DNA from: a virus
Length of the DNA: 64,000 nt
Virus record (IMG/VR): IMGVR_UViG_3300019776_000461
Coordinates: 20,703 to 84,702 of that record
Reading direction: 5' to 3' (one strand)
Shown here piece by piece: positions 27,663-36,275 of the stretch (position 1 is the stretch's first letter; each line of letters opens with the position of its first letter). The notes under the pieces are model-generated. The model was given only the letters and a program-made list of their open reading frames with translations. It did no database searches and was not told the origin of the DNA. The position numbers and the translations under genes are program-made.

Positions 27663-29168
27663 ATGTGCGGTATAATAGCAACCGTCGGTTATACTAAAAC
27701 TGACGTTGATAATATGTTGGAAACCATCGCTCACCGTGGTAAAGATAACCGTGGTATAAAAGAATTTTCTTGGGGCGATAGAAAAGTTATACTCGGACAC
27801 AATCGCCTTGCTATTAACGATACTTCTGCTGCAGGAAATCAACCGATGGAATGGGAAGGTATTCACTTAGTAGTTAACGGTGAAATATGGAATTATCCCG
27901 AACTAAGAAAAGAATACGAAGAAAGAGGATATGAGTTCAAATCAAATTCAGATTCAGAACTTATACTGTTTGTGTACAAAGAACAAGAATTGAAAAGACT
28001 TAACGGTATGTTTTCTTTTGTTATTTGGGATAACGGAAAGCTAATTCTTTCTCGTGATTGGGTTGGTAAGTTACCGCTCTATATTTTTAACAATAACACT
28101 TACATTATTGCAAGTGAAATAAAATCTATTGTTGAACAATTACCCAATGCTGAAATTAAATTTGTACCGAAAAATTCTTTGATTGAAATAGATGTAAGTA
28201 CAGATAAAATAACAGTTCATAAAGATTACTATTTTAACTTTTCAAATGAAACAACTTCACCTGAAACACATGAAGAATGCAGTATAACCACGTACAATCT
28301 ACTGGAGAACGCGGTAAGTAAAAGATTGTTATCTGATGTACCTATTGCAACTTCGTTGAGTGGTGGGATTGATTCCGCTGTTATAACGTATTTATTATCT
28401 ACTAAAATACCGAACTTAAAAGCATATACAATTGCTTTTGATGAAGATTCGCCTGACTTGAAGTACGCAAGAATAGTTGCAAAACATTTGGGTATTCAAT
28501 TAGTTGAAGTTTTAGTTCCAAGAAATGTAGAACTATTAAAACAAAGATTTTTGGAATCGATAAGAGTTATTGAATATCCATCTACCGTTCAAATGCAAGT
28601 TGGTATTCTACAATCGTTTATAGCAGAACAGATGGCAAAGGATGGAATAAAAGTTGCTTTTAGTGGTGAAGGTTCTGATGAAGCATACGGTTCTTATGGA
28701 ATGATAAGAATGTTCAGTAAGAAACCAGACTGGTCGGATATTAGAAAGAAATTATTTGAAAAGCAATACTATGGTAATTTATTACGCGGTAATACTATTT
28801 TCATGTATTATGGAACAATAGAATTACGTTGTCCGTTTTTCGATATTGATTTTCTAAATTACACTACTAACTTAACGAACGAATTTCTATCTGATAAATC
28901 TCAATGGAAACTTCCACTTGCAGATGCATTCAGACCGTACTTGCCTAAAGAAGTTATTGAACAAGAGAAACGTGCTTTTCAAAAAGGTACAAACTTCAAA
29001 GGATATATTGAAGATATAATTCTAAATGATAAAGAAATAAACTTTCGTAATAGAAAAAAGATGCTTCATGTAATTGGTGATAACTTTGAAAAGATTCATG
29101 GATTCTCACATAAGAAGATGAAGGGCGAACTTATTGGTAATAATGGTGGAATATTCAAATGGATTTAA
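27663..29168 (+). CDS. asnB: Asparagine synthetase B-like glutamine amidotransferase
   Basis: N-terminal MCGI Ntn nucleophile, HRGKD, GHNRLAI, NGEIWN, SDSE, LSGGIDS PP-loop, SGEGSDE. Confidence 0.88.
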   Translation: MCGIIATVGYTKTDVDNMLETIAHRGKDNRGIKEFSWGDRKVILGHNRLAINDTSAAGNQPMEWEGIHLVVNGEIWNYPELRKEYEERGYEFKSNSDSELILFVYKEQELKRLNGMFSFVIWDNGKLILSRDWVGKLPLYIFNNNTYIIASEIKSIVEQLPNAEIKFVPKNSLIEIDVSTDKITVHKDYYFNFSNETTSPETHEECSITTYNLLENAVSKRLLSDVPIATSLSGGIDSAVITYLLSTKIPNLKAYTIAFDEDSPDLKYARIVAKHLGIQLVEVLVPRNVELLKQRFLESIRVIEYPSTVQMQVGILQSFIAEQMAKDGIKVAFSGEGSDEAYGSYGMIRMFSKKPDWSDIRKKLFEKQYYGNLLRGNTIFMYYGTIELRCPFFDIDFLNYTTNLTNEFLSDKSQWKLPLADAFRPYLPKEVIEQEKRAFQKGTNFKGYIEDIILNDKEINFRNRKKMLHVIGDNFEKIHGFSHKKMKGELIGNNGGIFKWI

Positions 29169-29998
29169 TACAAACACCCATTGAAGAATATGAACTCAAA
29201 GGAAAAAAAGTTTGGGTTAAACGTGATGATTTAGTAGGTGATGGAATAAATTATCCAAGGTGGGCAAAGATAGAAGGAATTAAACAAATTCTAAGAAGCC
29301 CTGCCATTGATAAAAACAAACCATTAACGCACCTTTCAGTATATGGTAGTTGGACAGGTTGGGTTTTATCTAAACTCTGTAAAGAAGAAGGTATAGAATT
29401 TATTTCTTCTTATCCAGATACAAAGAAATTCCCAGTGAGTTTAATTGAAAGAGTAATGATAAATGGTGGAAAATTAAATCCACTAAAACCAAATATAATG
29501 GCGATACTAAATAATCGTGTAAAGAAACAAGCAATGGAAAACGGGTGGCAAATGTTACCGTATGCGTTCAATCATCCAATGTATATTGCATACATGGGTA
29601 GTAGAATGAAACAAGTATTGGAGGATAATGATTTTAACCACTTAGTTGTTTCGATGGGAAGCGGTGTAACGTGTTCTGGACTTATAAATTCATTCTTACA
29701 TTATACAGATTGGCGAGATGTTGTTAGTAACAGACGGCAAGTTCATGGCATTACAATGTCATCGATAAAATCAACGAGAAAAATATTAGAACAAAATGGA
29801 GCAGGTGGTAATAATAATATTCACATTTATAAATCGCCATTTGCTTTTGACGATATGATGTTGGATTATTCAGTACCGTTTGATTGTAATGAGTTTTGGG
29901 ATAAAAAAATGTGGTTCTGGTTAGAAGAAAACATTGAGAAATTAGACGGAAAAGTATTATTTTGGAATATTGGTGGTTCATATTTACAATCGATTTAA
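29159..29998 (+). CDS. PLP-dependent enzyme, fold type II (ACC deaminase / D-Cys desulfhydrase / TrpB-like)
   Basis: TPIE...VWVKRDDL...K, VVSMGSGVTCSG phosphate-binding loop, LFWNIGG. Confidence 0.75.
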   Translation: MDLIQTPIEEYELKGKKVWVKRDDLVGDGINYPRWAKIEGIKQILRSPAIDKNKPLTHLSVYGSWTGWVLSKLCKEEGIEFISSYPDTKKFPVSLIERVMINGGKLNPLKPNIMAILNNRVKKQAMENGWQMLPYAFNHPMYIAYMGSRMKQVLEDNDFNHLVVSMGSGVTCSGLINSFLHYTDWRDVVSNRRQVHGITMSSIKSTRKILEQNGAGGNNNIHIYKSPFAFDDMMLDYSVPFDCNEFWDKKMWFWLEENIEKLDGKVLFWNIGGSYLQSI

Positions 29999-30020
29999 TA
30001 TAAATAAAGGAGTTATGAAA

Positions 30021-30527
30021 ATGGCACAGACGTGGCATAGAAGATGGGATGATAGTTATGCTGAGGAAGCATTCAAGAACAGATTAAATTTACCTATTAA
30101 GTATGTAAAGTTAAGTAAAGACGCAGTTAAACCAGAATACTCACAAGACGGTGATGCTGGTATGGACTTAACAGCGACTTCATTTAGAGTTACAGATACT
30201 TTCATGGAATTTGGAACTGGTATTGCGGTACAGATTCCAGAGAATCATGTTGGACTTTTATTTCCAAGAAGTTCAATTACAAAATCTTCACCAGGCGTTT
30301 CTCTAAAAAATTCAGTTGGTGTTATAGATTCAAATTATCGTGGTGAAATTCTTGTGAGATTTGAATTACCTTACTCAGGAGAGGTGGGTGAAAATATTCC
30401 AGTTGTTGGTGATAGAGTTGCACAATTGGTTATTATTCCATACCCAAGAGTGAAATTCGTAGAAGTAGAGAAACTACCCGATACAAACCGTGGTCAAGGC
30501 GGATTTGGTTCAACAGATAAACAGTAA
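30021..30527 (+). CDS. dut: Trimeric dUTPase
   Basis: AGMDL, PRSS, GVIDSNYRGE, RVAQL, RGQGGFGST (alternative start 30015). Confidence 0.95.
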   Translation: MAQTWHRRWDDSYAEEAFKNRLNLPIKYVKLSKDAVKPEYSQDGDAGMDLTATSFRVTDTFMEFGTGIAVQIPENHVGLLFPRSSITKSSPGVSLKNSVGVIDSNYRGEILVRFELPYSGEVGENIPVVGDRVAQLVIIPYPRVKFVEVEKLPDTNRGQGGFGSTDKQ

Positions 30528-30533
30528 CTTATA

Positions 30534-30541
30534 TATTTATA
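30534..30541 (+). promoter_or_regulatory. Putative late promoter TATTTATA
   Basis: Intergenic, 33 nt before ATG 30575. Confidence 0.55.
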
Positions 30542-30574
30542 GTAAACAAATTCGTTTACTTATAGAGAAGCACA

Positions 30575-31204
30575 ATGTCAAAATTAACTAATATATTAAA
30601 AGAAAGTGGTTTATCGAGATTGGTTTACCACATGGAAATGCACGATTGCGGTACAATTACAGCCTTCCGTTCTAAAGAAGGCTGTGGTTTACCTGAAGAT
30701 TTACCGTACGCTCTACAAGATAACAAAAAAAGAAATGCTCAATTAAAAGCAAAACTTGAAATGATGGGGTACGGAACAACCGCAGTTAAAGGTGCTTATA
30801 TTGAAAACTACGGAACACCTGAAGCAATTGAAGTACGTGAAGATGTTTTCTTTGTTGTGGATTTACAAGACAAAGGAAACCTTGAAGCAGATTTAAGAAG
30901 ATTAGGTGAAGAGTATATGCAAGATTCTATTTTGTTTATACCAAGAGGTGGTAGAGGTTCTGTTCTCATCGGTACAAACCATTGTTCAGATTATCCAGGA
31001 TATGGCAGAACAATGCAATTCAATGATAGACAAATGGGCAAAGGTGGTCAGTTCATGACAAAAGTAAATGGTAGACCTTTTATATTTGAATCTAATTTAC
31101 TTGAACAAGTTGGAAACCATAACTATTATAGTGTTGCAAACAACATGGGTAAGTGGGCAATGAAAACTATTGCAAATAAAGATTGGAAAGATATTGAAAT
31201 TTAA
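30575..31204 (+). CDS. Putative S-adenosylmethionine lyase (T3 SAMase-like)
   Basis: ITAFRS...NKKRNAQL...GAYIE...RED...LGEEYMQDSILF matches in order the T3 SAMase VSAFRS...NMSRH...GCYRE...EEK...NEWEQDCVLV as recalled. Confidence 0.6.
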   Translation: MSKLTNILKESGLSRLVYHMEMHDCGTITAFRSKEGCGLPEDLPYALQDNKKRNAQLKAKLEMMGYGTTAVKGAYIENYGTPEAIEVREDVFFVVDLQDKGNLEADLRRLGEEYMQDSILFIPRGGRGSVLIGTNHCSDYPGYGRTMQFNDRQMGKGGQFMTKVNGRPFIFESNLLEQVGNHNYYSVANNMGKWAMKTIANKDWKDIEI

Positions 31205-31226
31205 TTTTAATCGTAAAGGTATTATT

Positions 31227-31511
31227 ATGAGTCGTTCATATAGAAAAACTTCCATAATTGGAAATGCTGGTTCTTCTGAAAAAATGGATAAAATTATAGC
31301 TCATCGTAAGAGTAGAAAATATATTAAAGACCACATTACTGCTACTCATGGTGATTTGGAATTGTTAGAAGAAATTCTAATGCCAAAAGAAGATGAAATA
31401 TCTGATAATTGGAATACATCGAAAGATGGAAAAACTTATTGGAATACAAATGAAAATGAAAATGATTCAGATTGGTTAAAGCGATTTAAGAAAAAAATGA
31501 TGAGGAAATAA
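31227..31511 (+). CDS. Hypothetical basic protein (MSRSYRK...)
   Basis: ATG 31227 after AAGG; avoids overlap with the previous gene. Confidence 0.65.
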   Translation: MSRSYRKTSIIGNAGSSEKMDKIIAHRKSRKYIKDHITATHGDLELLEEILMPKEDEISDNWNTSKDGKTYWNTNENENDSDWLKRFKKKMMRK

Positions 31512-31516
31512 ATGTT

Positions 31517-31816
31517 ATGGACGTTTTATTAGTAGAACCAAAAACAAATAAGTTTACCGCTTATTTATACGATGGCACAACAGCAGCAGCGAATGAAGCA
31601 TGCTCAAAGTGGCCATGCATTATGACTGCAAGTAACAGTTATAAGGATAAGTGGGTTTTGAAGTTTGAAGCATCGAAAGAAGAGTGCTTACCTGGCCAAT
31701 ATATTGTTAACGAAAGTAAGGGGTATTCCATTTATACTCAAGCGGAATTCTTAGAAAAGTATGATGTAGTTTACGATAACCGAAACAAAATCGGTAATTT
31801 TTTATCCGAAGATTAA
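31517..31816 (+). CDS. Hypothetical protein
   Basis: 99-aa ORF in operon. Confidence 0.65.
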   Translation: MDVLLVEPKTNKFTAYLYDGTTAAANEACSKWPCIMTASNSYKDKWVLKFEASKEECLPGQYIVNESKGYSIYTQAEFLEKYDVVYDNRNKIGNFLSED

Positions 31817-31828
31817 TTTAGGAATGTT

Positions 31829-32989
31829 ATGTATTTAGATTACTTTGACAAGTTCAAAGGAATGAGTCCTTACCTTGCGATTGATGAAATAGAATGGAAG
31901 TATATTCAAGAAACATTTGAGAAGGAAGATGTTTTAGAATCGATGGCAACACTTTTAATGACTTATGATTTACCATACGCTGACATTTCTATTGAAGATA
32001 CAACTTCTGAGTTTCAAAAGTTGAAGGCGATTAAGTGGAAAGAAATGTTAAAAGAAGGTAAGTGGAAAGCCAGACATAGTTACAATTTAGATTTTGAATG
32101 GAACGGAAAACCATTATTCTTTTCAAGAAGTAATGTAGGTAACTCTGCATCAAATTACTTTCAACAGGTAAACCGTTGGAAAGTTGATGCTGCATACTCA
32201 CCTGGTCCAGCAAGAAGTTGGACTTCTCTTCGTTCTATGATTTCTATATCAAAAGCGTTCTATACATTGAAATTTAAAAAGATTGATAAAGCAGCAGTTC
32301 GTTCTGCACTAAGTCTTAGAAAATATGTTTGCTCTCAATTCAAACCAAATGTTGCAAAGGCATTATACGATATGTATGGTGCTAAAACAATATTAGACTT
32401 CTCGGCAGGATGGGGTGATAGATTATGTGGATTCTATGCATCGGATAAAGCAGAAACATATATTGGAATAGACCCTGCTCCAAATAATCATTCTGTTTAT
32501 CATGAACAAGCAGATTTTTATTCTAAACAATTAGGTTGGTTTGATACGAAAAAATCAGTACATTTATACGAAGCACCCGCGGAAGATTGGGATAATTCAG
32601 AGTGGATAGGTAAAGTTGATTTAATATTTACATCGCCTCCTTACTTTGATACCGAACGATATTCAAACGATGATAAACAAAGTTGGGTTAGGTACAAGAA
32701 TATAGATTCTTGGAACAAAGACTTTTTACATAAGGCATTGGATAATGTATGGGAAACTCTTAAATCTGGTGGTACAATGATTATAAACATTGCAGACATT
32801 TATAATAGACCAGCAAAATCATATTTGAAAATATGTGAACCTATGGTAGAATACATGAAAGAAAAAGTGGATTGTATATACGAAGGTGCGATGGGTATGG
32901 AAATGGCAGTACGGCCGTCCGATACTGGAATAGATTATGATGATAAAGCAAAATTTGCAGAACCAATGTGGGTATTCAAAAAGGCATAA
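31829..32989 (+). CDS. DNA amino-methyltransferase (SPPY; m4C or m6A)
   Basis: LDFSAGWGDRL (motif I), FTSPPYF (motif IV), LKSGG. Confidence 0.8.
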   Translation: MYLDYFDKFKGMSPYLAIDEIEWKYIQETFEKEDVLESMATLLMTYDLPYADISIEDTTSEFQKLKAIKWKEMLKEGKWKARHSYNLDFEWNGKPLFFSRSNVGNSASNYFQQVNRWKVDAAYSPGPARSWTSLRSMISISKAFYTLKFKKIDKAAVRSALSLRKYVCSQFKPNVAKALYDMYGAKTILDFSAGWGDRLCGFYASDKAETYIGIDPAPNNHSVYHEQADFYSKQLGWFDTKKSVHLYEAPAEDWDNSEWIGKVDLIFTSPPYFDTERYSNDDKQSWVRYKNIDSWNKDFLHKALDNVWETLKSGGTMIINIADIYNRPAKSYLKICEPMVEYMKEKVDCIYEGAMGMEMAVRPSDTGIDYDDKAKFAEPMWVFKKA

Positions 32990-32990
32990 A

Positions 32991-35507
32991 ATGTATCAAA
33001 ATATATTTGTTAAAACAAACACAAAAGAAGCATGGGTATGGGATGATACTAAAGGACTTTTGTATTTTAATTATACTCCATACGCTTACCGTAGAGATTC
33101 AAACGGTAAGTTTGTTTCGTTATATGGAGACAAATTATCTAAGGTAACTGAATTCACAAAGAATGATCCAGACTTATTTGAATCTGATGTTGCTGAAACT
33201 ACACGCATTCTTGTTGATATGTACCATGAATCCGATATTCCATCGAAAGCGATTGTTACAATGGCGTTCGATATTGAGGTTGAAATGATTACAGGTACGC
33301 CAGATCCAACCGAAGGTAACAATGAAATAACTTCTATCGCTTATCATGATTCAGCAACTAACCACTACACTATGTTGGTGTTGGATAAACAGAAGCGATT
33401 GAAAAATAGAACTACGGATAATAAAACAATAGTTTCTTGTCCAGATGAAAAAACACTTCTACTTAAATTCTTAGCAGGTATAGAAGAAATTCAACCGCAT
33501 ATTATGACTGGTTGGAATTGTGATGCATTCGATATTCCATATTTGTATAATAGAATAAAGAGAGTTCTTGGTAAGAAGCAAGCACATCGTATGTCACCTA
33601 TAAATGAAATGTTTTTTTCTCCTTATAGAAATCGATGGAGTATTGCTGGTATTTCTGTATTGGATTACATGACTGTTTATAAAAAGTTCTCATATAAAGA
33701 GTTACCATCGTACGCACTTAATGCAGTTTGTATGACCGAGTTAGGTCGTGGTAAGGTTGAGTATGAAGGTAACTTAGATGATTTGATGGAAAACGATATT
33801 GAAACGTTTATCGAATACAATATAACTGACGTTGAACTTGTTCTTGAATTAGACAAGAAGTTGCAGTATATAGACTTAGTGCGTGGTATTTGCCACGTTG
33901 GTCATGTTCCATACGAGGATTTTGTTTACTCTTCAAAGTATCTTGAGGGTGCTTTGTTATCGTACCTTAAAAATGTTGGAGGTATAGTTGCACCAAATAA
34001 ACCAGCTGATAGACAAGAAAAAATGGCAGAGTTACGAGAGAGCGGTGAACAAGGATTCATTGGTGCTTTCGTTAAAGACCCAATTCCTGGCCGTTACGAG
34101 TGGATGTATGACTTAGATTTAACTTCTCTGTATCCATCTATTATTATGACTTTGAATATTTCTCCTGAAACAAAGATTGCTAAAATAGATAACTGGTCTG
34201 CTGAGGATTTTATTCGTGGTAAGAATGATGAATATTTCGTTGCAGGTGAAATGGTTTCAAAAGAAAAGTTAAAAGCGTTTTTGGATAAATACAAATACAC
34301 CGTTGCTTCCAATGGTGTGATGTATAGTTCCGATAAGGTTGGATTGATTCCTGCTATTCTAAACGATTGGTTTGATAAACGTGTTCAGTATAAAGATGAA
34401 ATGAAAAAATGGGGTAAAGAAGGCGATACAGAGAAGTATGAGTTCTATAAGAAAAGACAACTTGTTCAAAAGATTCTTCTTAATTCATTGTATGGTGTAT
34501 TAGGTTTACCTGCATTTCGTTTCTATGATATTGATAATGCAGAAGCGGTTACACTTTCTGGTCAAACTGTAATTAAGAAAACAGAAGCAGCGATTAACAT
34601 GAAGTATAATAAAGAGTTGGGTTCAGACAATGTTGATTACGTACAATATGTTGATACCGATTCTGTGTTTGTTTCTTGTTTACCGTTGGTAAAGAATAGA
34701 TTTCCTGGTATTGATACTAACAATATTGAGTTGATGACTCCAAAGATTTACGAGATTGCAACGGAAGTACAAGATTATGTAAATGAGTTCTACAATATAT
34801 TTGCAAAGAAAGTATTCAACACAGACAAACATCGCTTAGAAATTAAACAAGAGATGATTGGACGTACAGGTTTTTGGCAAAAGAAAAAAAGATATGCATT
34901 ATGGATTATTTCTGACAACGGTGTTCAGATGGATAAGTTGGAAGTTAAAGGGTTGGACATTGTTCGCTCTTCATTTCCAAAATCATTTCAGAAGTTTATG
35001 AAGGCGGTACTAATTGATATTCTGAAAGGTAGAGAAAAAGTAGAATTAGATGAAGATATTCTAAAATTCAAACGAGACTTAGGTACAGTTCTATATGCTG
35101 AATTGGCTAAGAACTCTTCTATAAAAGACATTAAAAAATATCAAGAGCGTTTAACAGTTGATGTGTTAGGTAAGTTTGGTAAAGGAACGCCTGCTCATAT
35201 TAAAGCAGCGATGAATTACAATAACCTATTAAAGTTATTTAATTGTCCACCGAAGTTTCCAGCAATTAAAAACGGTGATAAGGTTAAAGTTGTTTACTTG
35301 AAAAACAATCGGTACGGTTTAGAAGAGCTAGCATTCAGAGGAGATTCAGATCCAGAAGAAATTATAGAATTTATCAAGGAGAACTTTGATGCTGACGAGT
35401 TGTTTATGTCAGAATTGGATTCAAAGTTACGTGGGTTCTATGAATCAATGAAGTGGGAGTTCCCAACGGAAAGTAAAAAGGTTGCACAGAAGTTTTTTTC
35501 TTTCTAA
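32991..35507 (+). CDS. polB: Family B DNA polymerase
   Basis: Exo FDIEV, GWNCDAFDIPY, YNITD; Pol DLTSLYPS, KILLNSLYG, YVDTDS, KKRY; start moved to MYQN. Confidence 0.97.
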   Translation: MYQNIFVKTNTKEAWVWDDTKGLLYFNYTPYAYRRDSNGKFVSLYGDKLSKVTEFTKNDPDLFESDVAETTRILVDMYHESDIPSKAIVTMAFDIEVEMITGTPDPTEGNNEITSIAYHDSATNHYTMLVLDKQKRLKNRTTDNKTIVSCPDEKTLLLKFLAGIEEIQPHIMTGWNCDAFDIPYLYNRIKRVLGKKQAHRMSPINEMFFSPYRNRWSIAGISVLDYMTVYKKFSYKELPSYALNAVCMTELGRGKVEYEGNLDDLMENDIETFIEYNITDVELVLELDKKLQYIDLVRGICHVGHVPYEDFVYSSKYLEGALLSYLKNVGGIVAPNKPADRQEKMAELRESGEQGFIGAFVKDPIPGRYEWMYDLDLTSLYPSIIMTLNISPETKIAKIDNWSAEDFIRGKNDEYFVAGEMVSKEKLKAFLDKYKYTVASNGVMYSSDKVGLIPAILNDWFDKRVQYKDEMKKWGKEGDTEKYEFYKKRQLVQKILLNSLYGVLGLPAFRFYDIDNAEAVTLSGQTVIKKTEAAINMKYNKELGSDNVDYVQYVDTDSVFVSCLPLVKNRFPGIDTNNIELMTPKIYEIATEVQDYVNEFYNIFAKKVFNTDKHRLEIKQEMIGRTGFWQKKKRYALWIISDNGVQMDKLEVKGLDIVRSSFPKSFQKFMKAVLIDILKGREKVELDEDILKFKRDLGTVLYAELAKNSSIKDIKKYQERLTVDVLGKFGKGTPAHIKAAMNYNNLLKLFNCPPKFPAIKNGDKVKVVYLKNNRYGLEELAFRGDSDPEEIIEFIKENFDADELFMSELDSKLRGFYESMKWEFPTESKKVAQKFFSF

Positions 35508-35516
35508 ATAATTTAG

Positions 35517-35524
35517 TATATTTG
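35517..35524 (+). promoter_or_regulatory. TAnnTTTG promoter element
   Basis: GTATATTTGT upstream of the clamp gene. Confidence 0.6.
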
Positions 35525-35555
35525 TGGAAATTATTATTATAAAAGGATTCGTGTT

Positions 35556-36275
35556 ATGGAAAAATCAAAGTTATTAAACTTCATTAGCAAATATCACTTG
35601 GGTAAATTAGTTCAATCTGTTGCTTGGAATGCAAACGGTGGATTAACAACTCGTTTTATTTCTGATGACAAATGTGTTGTGGGAGAAATTAAACTAAAAA
35701 GTTTCAGCGGTCAAGTAGCAAAGTTTGGTGTGTACGATACAAACTTACTTACAAGTCTTCTTGGTGTTCTTGGTAACACTATTGACTTCAAAATTAACGG
35801 TGCAGACGATAAAGCATTCGCTTTAACATTAAGTGATAAATCTACAACTGTTAATTATATGTTAGCTGATTTGGCAGTAATTCCACCTGCACCAGAGTTG
35901 AAAGAACTTCCACCATTTGAATTAGAAATGTCAATTACAAAAGATTTTATTGATAAGTTTATCAAAGCTAAATCTGCTTTATCTGATATTGAAAAGTTTA
36001 CTATTCTTAAAAACGGTAAGACTGATAAATGGCAAATTGTAATTGGTTATGCTAATACAAACTCTAATAGAATTTCAATCGATATTGATTGTACTTGCGA
36101 ACAAGATTTTGAACCAATTTCTTTTTCAGCAAAGTATTTCAAAGAAATTCTATCGGCAAATAAAGATTTGAACGGTGGTTCAATGAAAGTTTCCTCACAA
36201 GGTTTAGCAAAAGTTGAATTTGATATTGACGATTTTGAATCAAGATATTTCTTAGTAAAATTGGAAAACAACTAA
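35556..36275 (+). CDS. DNA polymerase sliding clamp (gp45/PCNA-like)
   Basis: 239 aa, two-domain alpha/beta pattern, between PolB and clamp loader; ends KVSSQGLAKVEF...SRYFLV. Confidence 0.75.
   Translation: MEKSKLLNFISKYHLGKLVQSVAWNANGGLTTRFISDDKCVVGEIKLKSFSGQVAKFGVYDTNLLTSLLGVLGNTIDFKINGADDKAFALTLSDKSTTVNYMLADLAVIPPAPELKELPPFELEMSITKDFIDKFIKAKSALSDIEKFTILKNGKTDKWQIVIGYANTNSNRISIDIDCTCEQDFEPISFSAKYFKEILSANKDLNGGSMKVSSQGLAKVEFDIDDFESRYFLVKLENN

Noticed and set aside
27663-29168. asnB as a simple auxiliary metabolic gene for asparagine supply
   Set aside because: Not excluded, but tight coupling between the TS-like and PLP genes favours a tailoring role
20305-35507. Inteins or introns in RNR or PolB
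   Set aside because: Lengths and motif spacing are normal; no intein ends or homing endonuclease motifs seen
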